DNA of 64,000 nucleotides from Vampirovibrionales bacterium (GTDB lineage Bacteria; Cyanobacteriota; Vampirovibrionia; Vampirovibrionales; JAJTHC01): NCBI GenBank assembly GCA_035285025.1, contig JAYKHY010000039.1, positions 21,018 to 85,017 of the forward strand, read 5' to 3'. Shown piece by piece: positions 10,348 to 19,659 of this stretch (position 1 is its first letter; each line of letters starts with the position of its first letter). The notes under the pieces were generated by a model. It saw only the letters and a program-made list of their open reading frames with translations, ran no database searches and was not told where the DNA came from. The position numbers and the translations under genes were made by a program.

Positions 10348-10774
10348 CATGGTCTACGTGCGATTTGGGATGATGTTAGGGTTGTTTTTATCACAGGGCA
10401 AGGCTTTTAGCGATTGCATCCGGGAACCGTTGCAACAAAAATTTGCCCTTGCGGGTGATTTTACCAAAACCGCAGACTGGCAGGAACAAGTTGCTGGGCA
10501 ACCCATCAGCTGCCAGGGCATCGTGACGCACGTCGTGAACACCCAAGCCGCCAAACGCATCGAGGTTATGCTCAGGCTGCTTGAAGATACGCGCCTTTAC
10601 GATACCGTGCTTCAACTTGAGGGCCCAGCCTACGAATATTGGCTCAAACGCGAGCCGCTTGCCTCGGGGCAAATGGTTCAGTTTAAGGGCAAAATAGTTC
10701 GTGGCGTCGATTTGTTTGGCCTCAAGCACGTTTTTGTCAGAGTCGATGACCCTCAGCAACTGGTTCTGGAATAA
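10348..10774 (+). CDS. Hypothetical small protein
   Basis: ATG at 10348 lies immediately after the homopolymeric tract A7-C-A8. The protein is about 142 aa with a hydrophobic N-terminus (MMLGLFLSQGKAFS) and no recognisable domain. Confidence 0.3.
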
Positions 10775-11040
10775 GCCTTTTTACTAATTAAAAGGCGACA
10801 TAAATCGCACCAAGACGCATTATCAGAACTATATTCGTCTTAATTTAACAGGACTTGGGGCGCCAGGGCGATAAATCATTTAAATAACCGAGGTAAGCAT
10901 AGGTAAGCACGGCTAAAGTTAAAGTAGCCCCTCTATAGCGTTCATCAATGCTATAGCAAGGATTCAGGAGAGATACACCCACAAGTTAAACCAGGGGCAC
11001 AACACACTAGGTATCAATTAACCCATAGCCGGTGCAGATT

Positions 11041-11472
11041 ATGGATTTAATCACCTCGCTGACCAGCGAAGCCGTGGGCAAAGCCCTTGATGGCGTCAGC
11101 CTGCGACATAAAAGCATTGCGAGCAACCTGGCGAACGCCGAGACGCCTGGGTACCATCGCGCTGATGTGAGCTTTGAAAACGAACTCGCCGTGGCACTCA
11201 AACACGATCGCGAGAGACAACATCGCGGGTTTTCGCCCGGACGCATGATTCAGATTCAAAACGACATTGGTGGCAGCGGTAACAGTCACGTGTCTCAAAT
11301 GACGCCAAAAATCGAACACGACACCGACCATAAATACCGTAACGACGGTAACTCTGTGGACGTTGAAAGCGAGTTGGTGGCGCTCACGAAAAACACGCAG
11401 CGCTACATGGCGCTGGTTAATCTCCAAACCCGGCTCAAGCGCCAAATTACCACGGCAATCCAGGGAGGTTAA
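11041..11472 (+). CDS. flgB: Flagellar basal-body rod protein FlgB
   Basis: FlgB signature NLANAETPGY, with the C-terminal ESELVALTKNTQRYMALVNL rod-protein heptads. Confidence 0.85.
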   Translation: MDLITSLTSEAVGKALDGVSLRHKSIASNLANAETPGYHRADVSFENELAVALKHDRERQHRGFSPGRMIQIQNDIGGSGNSHVSQMTPKIEHDTDHKYRNDGNSVDVESELVALTKNTQRYMALVNLQTRLKRQITTAIQGG

Positions 11473-11476
11473 CTAA

Positions 11477-11947
11477 ATGGATGTTTACGAAATTACCGCG
11501 TCTGCGCTCAGCGCGCAACGCCTGCGTCTGGATACTATCTCGGGTAACCTGGCCAACGTAAACTCTACCCGCAAAGCCGATGGGAGCAAAGGCGCATACC
11601 GCCGAAAAAACATTGTGTTTGCACCGCTAGAAGCGCCTGTAGAAGGCAAAAACGGCGGCGGATTTAAAATTGGCCCCGATGGCAAAGCCGTCTTGAACGG
11701 CTCGGTATCAAATTTTCGAGGCGCGGGCGTTCAGGTACTTGCGATTCAGGAAGACACCGAAACCCCCATGCGCGTCATCTACGACCCTGGGCACCCGGAC
11801 GCAGACGAAAAAGGTTACGTCGAATTACCGAACGTAAGCTCCATCGTCGAAATGGTCGACATGATCTCGGCTAGCCGCGCTTACGAGGCAAATATCTCGG
11901 CCATGCAATCGGCAAAAGCAATGGAAAAAGCAACACTGGATATGTAG
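11477..11947 (+). CDS. flgC: Flagellar basal-body rod protein FlgC
   Basis: Starts 4 nt after flgB. Shows the FlgC N-terminal SALSAQRLRLDTISGNLANVNST, the C-terminal VELPNVSSIVEMVDMISASRAYEAN and an RBS GGAGG upstream. Confidence 0.85.
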   Translation: MDVYEITASALSAQRLRLDTISGNLANVNSTRKADGSKGAYRRKNIVFAPLEAPVEGKNGGGFKIGPDGKAVLNGSVSNFRGAGVQVLAIQEDTETPMRVIYDPGHPDADEKGYVELPNVSSIVEMVDMISASRAYEANISAMQSAKAMEKATLDM

Positions 11948-12245
11948 CGACGCTGTGTGCTGCTGAACTCTGCAATGAATCAACTTTAAAATTTTAAAAT
12001 CACTAACCAGGCGCGACTACTTGCCCCAAAACAAACCTGGATAAATTGAAAAGCCAGGCAAGCAGTAGCCCTCGCTTTGACATGTTAAAACCCAAAATTA
12101 ACCAAGCAATCTGTATTAAACGCCTAAAAGGCTATGTAACTGCACGTTAATTTTAAATTTAAGCTAAAGCCCCCGCTAAAACGCACTCGCACGTTTAAAA
12201 CAGGGGCTTAAGCACTAAATTAGCAAATGAATGCTAGTTTAGCAG

Positions 12246-12386
12246 TTACTTTGCGCAGCACGGCATGGCTTGGCTACAGCAGGGTTTTGCCGGGCAGCAC
12301 CCTTCTGCCGCCTGGGCAGATAACAGGCCCGAAAAGCCCACAATCGAGACGATGGCCACCAATGCGGCAGAGAACAGATTTTTCAT
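12246..12386 (-). CDS. Secreted 46-aa cysteine-rich peptide (absent from the ORF track)
   Basis: ATG at 12386 with AGGAG 8 nt upstream. The translation is MKNLFSAALVAIVSIVGFSGLLSAQAAEGCCPAKPCCSQAMPCCAK. It has a classical Sec signal peptide with an AQA cleavage site. The roughly 20-aa mature part carries three CC doublets and Met/Pro spacers. Confidence 0.5.
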   Translation of the reverse strand: MKNLFSAALVAIVSIVGFSGLLSAQAAEGCCPAKPCCSQAMPCCAK

Positions 12387-12477
12387 ATCAAATAACTCCT
12401 GAATAAATAATATAACGCACTAAATCGGTAAAAAATAACGGGAGCATTAAATTTAGCGCCCGTTTCACTCGTGCGGC

Positions 12478-12900
12478 CTAGTTCAGGAGTACATTCAAAT
12501 CTAAGTAACGTTTAGACTGATTCTGCACAAAACGCTGTGCCAGCATCGAGGTGTTTGCCAGATTTAAATAAGGCAGAACACCTGGTTGCACAAAAACATT
12601 ATCCGGGAAAAACGCTACTGTTACTGGATTGATCACGTTTGACGCGTCAAGCGTGGCAACCTGACGCGCACGCAGGCTACAATTGCACGTTTGCTTTACA
12701 TCTGGTGCAGCAATGGTACCCGCAGACGCATCACGCAAGCCGTTGTGCATACCTTTGCAGGTTGAGTGCGTGTGCTTAGCCGTAGTACCGCAGCAACTTG
12801 CAGCAGCGGTTTGCATTGCCCCAAACGGCAACACCAAACAGGCCACTACCAGTAAAAAAGCGTGTAAACGTTTCAGTAACATCATCTTGTCTAGCATCAT
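12478..12900 (-). CDS. Secreted cysteine/histidine-containing hypothetical protein
   Basis: 140 aa. The signal peptide (MLLKRLHAFLLVVACLVLPFGAMQTAAA) is followed by SCCGTTAKHTHSTCKGMHNG, and further Cys occur in CNCS. It lies immediately upstream of, and on the same strand as, the 46-aa Cys peptide. Confidence 0.45.
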   Translation of the reverse strand: MMLDKMMLLKRLHAFLLVVACLVLPFGAMQTAAASCCGTTAKHTHSTCKGMHNGLRDASAGTIAAPDVKQTCNCSLRARQVATLDASNVINPVTVAFFPDNVFVQPGVLPYLNLANTSMLAQRFVQNQSKRYLDLNVLLN

Positions 12901-13022
12901 CCTGGCGATTAAGTGCTCAAGAGGAGGAGCCCAAAATTAAAATCGCTACAGCCATTATAGCATTTTTTTTGACAAGCATTTGACGACTTAACCTAATTTA
13001 ACGTTTTTATTATATTAAAGCA

Positions 13023-14375
13023 TTATCGAATAAAATTCCGCGTCGGGTCAAATACCAGCGCCCAGCTGTTATAGCCACCGGCAGTCTGGTTAAACGGCGT
13101 TAAAATGGTGCTTAAACTTCTGAAGACTAACAGCACCTTGGGCACGCTCTTTTGCGGCACGTACACAATATCGTTGGCCATTACGTAAGGATCTTCCTTT
13201 TTAGGATTTACCACAGTGGTGGTCAGCCTACCGTTGGCATCGGCACGGCTGATGTAAACTTTATCCGGTGGATACGGGAAATCTGCCTCGTAGTAGCCTT
13301 TAGCGCCCGCAATCGCGCTAGATAAGCGCGGACTTTGCGCGGCATCCACCTGAATAAGTCCAGGCTCATTGACAAAGCCAAACACCCGCACCGGAATCTG
13401 TGATTGCGAGAACGTCGCGCTGGCCATTGCTTTATAACGCTCCATATCCACCGCGTAGGGCGTTGGCAGCTTAGGCACGTGGATAATATCACCGTGCGCA
13501 AGCACCACATCGTGAATCACGGGCCCCTGAATCAGATCCATCAGGTTCACTTCGTAGCGTTCATTCGTCTGCCGATTTTCAATCACTACGTGTTCAACGT
13601 CGGCATCAAACATCACACCCCCCGAGGCCAACAGAGCATTAGAAAGCAACGGCGTCGAGCGTTCGAGCTTAACGTTGCCCTCGCCTCGAATCGAGGCGCC
13701 AACCTGACCCGAAGAGGGGTTGGTGTTAAACTCGTAGGTACCGGGGCGCATTACGCCATTACCCGCAACCTGTATCACATACGGTTTGGTTGCAACCAGG
13801 TTAATCGCAATTACTGGATTCACCAGATACCGGCTAAGCTGCTGTTCTAACGTAGTTTTAAGTGCGTCCAACGTTAACCCCGAGGCGTACGCTTTACCCG
13901 CGGCCGGAATCATAATATGGCCATCGGGGCCAACACGCACCTGAGAAAGATTTAACTCCGGCGCGCTCAGGTACGAGACACTCAGGACATCATTCGGCCC
14001 AAGCAAATACGGGCGTTGCGTGTAGCCCACCCCCGCGCGTAATTGGCTCGAGAACATTTTTTGCGCCGTCGGCTGAGTTGCCTGATCAGCGTCATTCAGG
14101 GCCTTATTACCATCACCCAGGCCATCTTCATCCAGAGCAGTATCCGCAACCATATTGGCAGCGCGCGGGCGAAGGGAAGTATCAAACGCGGGTGCCTGAG
14201 CGGGTTGCGTCGAAAACGAAGGCTCTGCAGCAAGGGCCGAGCTGGCAAACACGGCTATAAGCCCTGCTATAAACACGCCTGTCATCTTCAAACCGAGCGA
14301 AAAAACGCGTGGAGCGGGCAAACCGGATTGCAACAGTGCATTGTGATTCATCGTAATTATTCCTTTAAATGACAT
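13023..14375 (-). CDS. wza: Polysaccharide export outer-membrane protein (Wza/KpsD family; Poly_export + SLBB domains)
   Basis: 450-aa ORF. There is an internal signal peptide (MTGVFIAGLIAVFASSALA), so the true start is probably 14285-14351. Contains Poly_export-like PYLLGPNDVLSVSY...VGPDGHIMIPAAGK and repeated SLBB-like segments. Confidence 0.75.
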   Translation of the reverse strand: MSFKGIITMNHNALLQSGLPAPRVFSLGLKMTGVFIAGLIAVFASSALAAEPSFSTQPAQAPAFDTSLRPRAANMVADTALDEDGLGDGNKALNDADQATQPTAQKMFSSQLRAGVGYTQRPYLLGPNDVLSVSYLSAPELNLSQVRVGPDGHIMIPAAGKAYASGLTLDALKTTLEQQLSRYLVNPVIAINLVATKPYVIQVAGNGVMRPGTYEFNTNPSSGQVGASIRGEGNVKLERSTPLLSNALLASGGVMFDADVEHVVIENRQTNERYEVNLMDLIQGPVIHDVVLAHGDIIHVPKLPTPYAVDMERYKAMASATFSQSQIPVRVFGFVNEPGLIQVDAAQSPRLSSAIAGAKGYYEADFPYPPDKVYISRADANGRLTTTVVNPKKEDPYVMANDIVYVPQKSVPKVLLVFRSLSTILTPFNQTAGGYNSWALVFDPTRNFIR

Positions 14376-14393
14376 AAAGCAAAATGGGCTGTG

Positions 14394-16085
14394 CTAAACG
14401 GCATATCGCTTAAGCAGAATCGCCTGCGTGTCTGGCGTAAGTTTATCGACGGCCGAATGCGCCGAAGGTGCCCGAAGCGCCCACTGGCGGTAGCCTTCGG
14501 CAAACCCGTAAAACGCAAACAGCTGGATCATCATCGGCACCCGAATCCCGTCCATCAGGCCGTAAATGGCGCTATAAAGCACCATGCTAATCAACATCAG
14601 GCTAAACAGCCGGCTACAACCAGGAACCGTAAGCGTATTAAAATTTTTAAAATGCGCGATCACCAGCGCGAAAATACCGCCAAAATAAAACAACGAGGTT
14701 AACCCGTAATCATAGAAAAATTCTATGTAACTATTATGCACGGTTTGCACCAGAATCCCGTAATTAAAACGGCGCTGTGCCGAGATATAAAAAATCGTCT
14801 CGCGCGACTCGCCCAGCCCAAAGCCAAAAATAAAATTGGATAAATTAATCTCGTTGCCCCAGTTTTCAAACAGGTAATGCCAGTTCTGCAAACGAACATC
14901 CAGGGTGCCTTTACCATCCGAAGCATTCTCGAAGCCCTTAATGTAATAATCCAGCTTGTCCAGAATCACCTCGGTAAACCCTAAAAGCTGAATCATCAAC
15001 ACGGCAGCAACAAGCGCACCCAAAATCATTAGTTTGGGCAATAATCCGGTATTTAAAAACGAGCCTAACCCGCGCCAAGGCATATGATACCCTTGCTTGC
15101 GACAGGCCCAGTAAAAAACACCCATCGCAATAAACGCGCCTGCAAGTGCGGTTTTGTTAACCGCAAGCGGCATAAATAACACCGTAATCACCATTGCAAG
15201 CATCATCCAGGTATGCAAGCTAAGGCGCAGCACGGGCAACACAGTCGCCCCTGGCATGTAAATCGTGCCGTACCACCACAGCGCATAGTTTAAAAAAAGC
15301 ATTAGGGGCAGGTATAAATCCAACATGGACTTAAACCCATTGGCTGCAATCCACAGCAAAAACACCAGCACCAACACCGGGTAAGATTTGCATAGCAGCG
15401 CAATATTATCGCGCAGCGGCTGCACAAACCCGGGCGCTTCGTTCAGGTTTTCGCCATCGGCATCGGGCGAAGGCCGAACCCCGTAAAACGTCGGATTAAA
15501 CAGGGCAAGACCGCAGGTGTAAGCCGTAAATAAGCCAATTGCAACCAGTAGCACAACCTGGCGGGCGTCAGCATCGCCAAAATCGCTGAGCATATTACCC
15601 GCAGGGTATCCGGCAGAAACATCGGAAAGCTGAAAATGCGTACTATGATCGAGCCCGTAATACGCAAACGCTATTGCCGAAAAAATAAACAGTAACCTGA
15701 ACGGCGTATTGGTCCAAAAGTATTTAAAATCCCGAAGCAGATACCAAAGGCTAAAAGCCAGAATCAATCCAAACCCCAGCATATGCGGCTTAAGCGAGAC
15801 CTTCGCGATACCCAGCGTTAGCATGTCAAACCCAAGCAGCGCGTACATTAAAAAGCCGCCGCAAAATGGCACCAGCGGGTTACTAAAGCTTTTGCCCAAC
15901 AGGCGCGTACCAACCCAAAGCCCAACAGCCAAGACAGGCGGCCACAATATCAAGGGCAACTCCGAGGGTAACTTAAGCACCTTGGCAAGCAGCGGCCCCG
16001 CTAATATTAACGCCAGCAATGCCAGCAAGCGCAAAAGCCCAACGGGGAGTTGAGATCGTTCTTGAACGGGCGACGAGCTAACCAT
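14394..16085 (-). CDS. O-antigen ligase/Wzy-family polysaccharide polymerase-like membrane protein
   Basis: 563 aa with more than 10 predicted TM helices. Contains the Wzy_C/O-antigen-ligase motif HNSYIEFFYDYGLTSL (HNxYLexxxExG). Confidence 0.6.
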   Translation of the reverse strand: MVSSSPVQERSQLPVGLLRLLALLALILAGPLLAKVLKLPSELPLILWPPVLAVGLWVGTRLLGKSFSNPLVPFCGGFLMYALLGFDMLTLGIAKVSLKPHMLGFGLILAFSLWYLLRDFKYFWTNTPFRLLFIFSAIAFAYYGLDHSTHFQLSDVSAGYPAGNMLSDFGDADARQVVLLVAIGLFTAYTCGLALFNPTFYGVRPSPDADGENLNEAPGFVQPLRDNIALLCKSYPVLVLVFLLWIAANGFKSMLDLYLPLMLFLNYALWWYGTIYMPGATVLPVLRLSLHTWMMLAMVITVLFMPLAVNKTALAGAFIAMGVFYWACRKQGYHMPWRGLGSFLNTGLLPKLMILGALVAAVLMIQLLGFTEVILDKLDYYIKGFENASDGKGTLDVRLQNWHYLFENWGNEINLSNFIFGFGLGESRETIFYISAQRRFNYGILVQTVHNSYIEFFYDYGLTSLFYFGGIFALVIAHFKNFNTLTVPGCSRLFSLMLISMVLYSAIYGLMDGIRVPMMIQLFAFYGFAEGYRQWALRAPSAHSAVDKLTPDTQAILLKRYAV

Positions 16086-16164
16086 AAATCATGCTATTAC
16101 CGGAAGAAAGTCCTGAGCAGTCCTCTGAAATCCGCAAATCCACATCGAGTCCCAAGCGCCCACG

Positions 16165-18300
16165 CTAAGCTTCACGCGTAACGATCCCCAGGGTCTTAAC
16201 CTTGGCGTTGTTCAGCAGCCTAATCAGGCGCAACAATTTATCTCGGCTGGATTTAATCGCAGAGAGAATCACGACGCCTTCAGCCAGGTTGCCAATCGTG
16301 TACACCTCGGGGAACGACGACGGGGTCGAGGGCGTATCGATGAGCACAAACTCGTAGGTGCGTTTTAAATACGCCAGAATCTCGGTAAACCCGCGAGACG
16401 CCACATACTCATAAATTCGGCTTTCTGGCGCATTGGCCGATAAATAATGCAGCGTCTTGGCTCCGGCTATCCCTCGCTCAGAGGGGCTAACCTCGATGGA
16501 GACAATGGCGCTTTTAATCAGTCGCTCTAAATCGCCATTGAGTTTCTGGTTTAAGCGTAACGCCCGGTTAACTTCGGTAATGGCTTCTACAAAGCAGGTT
16601 TGCGGCTTGGGGGCTACGTGCCCTAGCTCGGTTAAATGCCGGCGCGGATTCAAAAAATCTGTGTCAATCAACAACACATCGCGATCCGAGGCGGCTAGCG
16701 ATAGCGCGATGTTCGACGTCATGTAAGCGCCATTGCGCGATTCTGCGGTGCTGATAAACGAAATCACCTGTGCTTGTTCAAGGTACGAACGCTGCATTAA
16801 GGTTGTTGCAATGGTCGCAAACGATCGTCCCATGGGGCTATCGGGTAAAAACACACGTTCGCCATTAAGCTTTTTAAGCCAGGGCAATTCACCCAGAATC
16901 GGCTTACCCGTGGCTTGCTCAATCTCGGACGAGCTAGCCCACTGATCCTGAATGCCTTCTTTCACCCAGGCGCCACCAAAGCCTAAAAACAAGCCAAACG
17001 CTAAAAAGCCCAACAATTGTACTAACAGGGGTTTTAGCTCCAGCGCCGCCGATGAGGGCCGCTGCAAAATGACGATATTATCAATCAGCACGCGCTCTTT
17101 AATTTGCGCCTCAAGCTGCTTTTTCTTGACGCTTTCGTAGGCTGCTTTTAGCGCGTCTTCTTTTTTCAACAGTTCATCCAGGCCCATTTGCTTTAACGGA
17201 ATCTCGGATTCCTTGTTGCGCATGTCATTCACGCCGCCTTGCAACGAGCTTAAACGCGCTTTTAAAGCAACCGTTTCGGCCTCGGCCTGCGCTAACTGCA
17301 CGGCAAGCGTAGAGGACGGCGTGTCATAAATCCCGCGCACGTTTTTCTGTTTGCCAAGTACTTCTTTTTTACGAGCTTCGATCACCATTTTTAAACTGGC
17401 AATTTCGCCCTGCACTTCGGCCACAGCAGGGTATTCATCAGTAAATTTACTTTTTAAATTGCCCAGGCGCTGAGTCGCATCCGCCAAACGCTGGTTCGTT
17501 TGCACCAAAAGTGGATCGACGCCCACGCTGGTGGCGGCCAGAACGTTTTGCCCCGGGGCCAGGTTAAGCATACGGCGCAGCTCGGCAACCTTGCGTTCGC
17601 TTGCGCTAAGTTCGGCCCGGACGCCTTCAATATCGCGCTCCAGACCAATCCGCGTAACCGTAAGTGATTCCATTTCTTGCGCTAAATCAATCGAATGCGC
17701 ATCAATCCTGAATTTTTTTAGTGCTTCGCGCACGTCAGAAAGTTCTTTAGAAACAGCAACCAGTTCCTGATTTAAATTATCTTTTTGCTTACCCGTAATC
17801 CCTTGCTGAATCTCGAGGTTGGTTGATTTTAGCCCTTCAATAAATCGCAACGCGGCCTGTTGCGCGTGCGCCTTGTTCGGCCACCTAAAATTAATCTCAA
17901 TCACGTCCGTCGAGGGCAAAACACGAGAATCCACTAACGACGAGAACGCATCCAGAAACTCGCCATGGGTCGCGGCGCCCAGCGTACGCATATCCGAGGG
18001 GTAGCGCGCATCGTAATCTTTAAACAGCGTGCTGGCCAACCGTTCCGAGGCAATAATTTGCTGGTAGTTAAACAGCGGGTTACTGTAACCACTTTCGGTG
18101 TGTACCGTCTGGCCGCTGCCGTAGCTTGCAACCACGTCTTCTCGCGGAATATTCCGGATAAACACCCGTGCGCTGGTTTTGTACAAAGGCACGTAAAGCA
18201 GCAGCAGATAAGCAACCGCCATCACAATGGCCAAAAGCAGACTGAGCAGAATCAGCCACTTCTCTTTTTCAAACAGTCTCACCAGCGGGTGGTTACGCAT
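16165..18300 (-). CDS. Wzc/GumC-like polysaccharide co-polymerase with a degenerate C-terminal BY-kinase-like domain
   Basis: 711 aa. N-terminal TM segment, Wzz-like periplasmic coiled-coil region, second TM segment (LLVQLLGFLAFGLFLGFGGAW), then a P-loop ATPase-like domain. In that domain Walker A' (LLIDTDF) and Walker B (FVLIDTP) are kept, but the Walker A Gly-Lys-Ser/Thr is replaced (ISTAESRNGAYMTSN). Confidence 0.65.
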   Translation of the reverse strand: MRNHPLVRLFEKEKWLILLSLLLAIVMAVAYLLLLYVPLYKTSARVFIRNIPREDVVASYGSGQTVHTESGYSNPLFNYQQIIASERLASTLFKDYDARYPSDMRTLGAATHGEFLDAFSSLVDSRVLPSTDVIEINFRWPNKAHAQQAALRFIEGLKSTNLEIQQGITGKQKDNLNQELVAVSKELSDVREALKKFRIDAHSIDLAQEMESLTVTRIGLERDIEGVRAELSASERKVAELRRMLNLAPGQNVLAATSVGVDPLLVQTNQRLADATQRLGNLKSKFTDEYPAVAEVQGEIASLKMVIEARKKEVLGKQKNVRGIYDTPSSTLAVQLAQAEAETVALKARLSSLQGGVNDMRNKESEIPLKQMGLDELLKKEDALKAAYESVKKKQLEAQIKERVLIDNIVILQRPSSAALELKPLLVQLLGFLAFGLFLGFGGAWVKEGIQDQWASSSEIEQATGKPILGELPWLKKLNGERVFLPDSPMGRSFATIATTLMQRSYLEQAQVISFISTAESRNGAYMTSNIALSLAASDRDVLLIDTDFLNPRRHLTELGHVAPKPQTCFVEAITEVNRALRLNQKLNGDLERLIKSAIVSIEVSPSERGIAGAKTLHYLSANAPESRIYEYVASRGFTEILAYLKRTYEFVLIDTPSTPSSFPEVYTIGNLAEGVVILSAIKSSRDKLLRLIRLLNNAKVKTLGIVTREA

Positions 18301-19034
18301 ATCAATTGGGTCTGTACAACTTTAACAACTAAAAGGGTTCAACAGTAATGCCGAAATGCCGAATTGCGCCAACTAAAAAAATGATGATTTTGAATTGCTT
18401 TAAGTGCCTTGAACGCAAGCTTAAATTAAATACGCCCTTAAAAACTACATCTATAACAAAATGTATTCTCTGGCTAAGCCATTCAATAAGAGCCATCTTA
18501 CGCTGCGCCTTTCGAAAAAATGACTTCAATAAATAGCCGAGGCGTTCTAAAGCCCGCAAAAAAAAACCGAGACCGTGTTAAAAAATTTTCGGATTTGCGC
18601 AACAAGCCTAGCGACGGTCGGGCCCGTTGACGGTTCCTGTCTCGATTACAAAACGTTATACTCAGTCATCCTAAAAGATATACAAGTAAGCTTAACGCCA
18701 TGCTGCTGGCAGCGGTTAGCAAAGTCAACAAATGTTTACATGCGCCCAACATCTAAAGCGCATCGCCCTGCAAACACGAGACAGTTCTAATCGTTTAATG
18801 CCTCGTGTATCTGTTTAATGGGCGCGCCTGCATTGCTTGAGTCCCTGATGGGGTAGTTTAAAATTTAACGCTGACCCTGCTGACACCTTACCCGCCGACA
18901 TAACTTACAAAGCAGGCCTAAAATGCATGAGCCAAATCAAGCGCGCATCAATCACGAAAGACATTGCTTCAAAAGCAACGCAAACAAGTGCGGTAAAAGC
19001 TTGAATCTGGCTTGTTTACGGTAAACTACAAGGC

Positions 19035-19271
19035 ATGAATACGATGCAATTAGTCACAACGATTCTTCAGGTGCTTCAAGCGCTTTCTGCCTTCGTGATG
19101 ATCGTGCTGGTCTTGCTCCATTCGCCCAAAGGCGATGGCTTTGGCGGCCTAAGTGGTGCCGCACAACTATTTAGCAGCCAAAAAGGCGCAGAATCTGCCC
19201 TGAACAAAACAACGACCACGGTTGCTGCCCTGTTTTTTCTGGTGTCGTTTATTTTGGGCTACTACTTATAA
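19035..19271 (+). CDS. secG: Preprotein translocase subunit SecG
   Basis: 78 aa, two TM helices, and the SecG glycine-rich loop HSPKGDGFGGLSGAAQLFS. Confidence 0.85.
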   Translation: MNTMQLVTTILQVLQALSAFVMIVLVLLHSPKGDGFGGLSGAAQLFSSQKGAESALNKTTTTVAALFFLVSFILGYYL

Positions 19272-19659
19272 GCCTGTTACTTAAAGCTAAATTTTGAGAC
19301 GCCCGCTTTTGACGCGTTAAACTTTGCCGATTATGGCCGTTTACGCTCTCGAAGCAAGCTAGTGAATTAAAGCTTCATCAAGATTCTGTTTAAAGCCTTC
19401 AAACCTCGCCTAATAAAACATCGCTTAAAAAGATAAGTGCAACACCCACAAGCAAAACATTTTATTTTGAAGCATCACACCTCATGCGTTAACCCTGTGC
19501 GTGAATTGAATCAACGATTGCGAATATATGGCAAATTAACTTTTAAGCGATAGTTAAAATTGGAACTAAACGTCTTTAAAAATGGTTTTTTAACGCTTAA
19601 AAGCTTATCATTTGCGATTTAAAACACTCGTTAAATAGAGAGTTAGACGGAATTAAACT

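Noticed and set aside
12798-12983. Plus-strand 61-aa ORF carrying GAGGAGGAG near 12925
   Set aside because: The GAGGAGGAG is not followed by an ATG in frame. The ORF overlaps the minus-strand Cys-protein gene start and promoter region and is low-complexity.
13023-18300. EPS export cluster as a novel system
   Set aside because: The wza / Wzy-like / Wzc-like combination is a conventional Wzx/Wzy-dependent or GumBC-like export module. Only the degenerate kinase domain merited a separate note.
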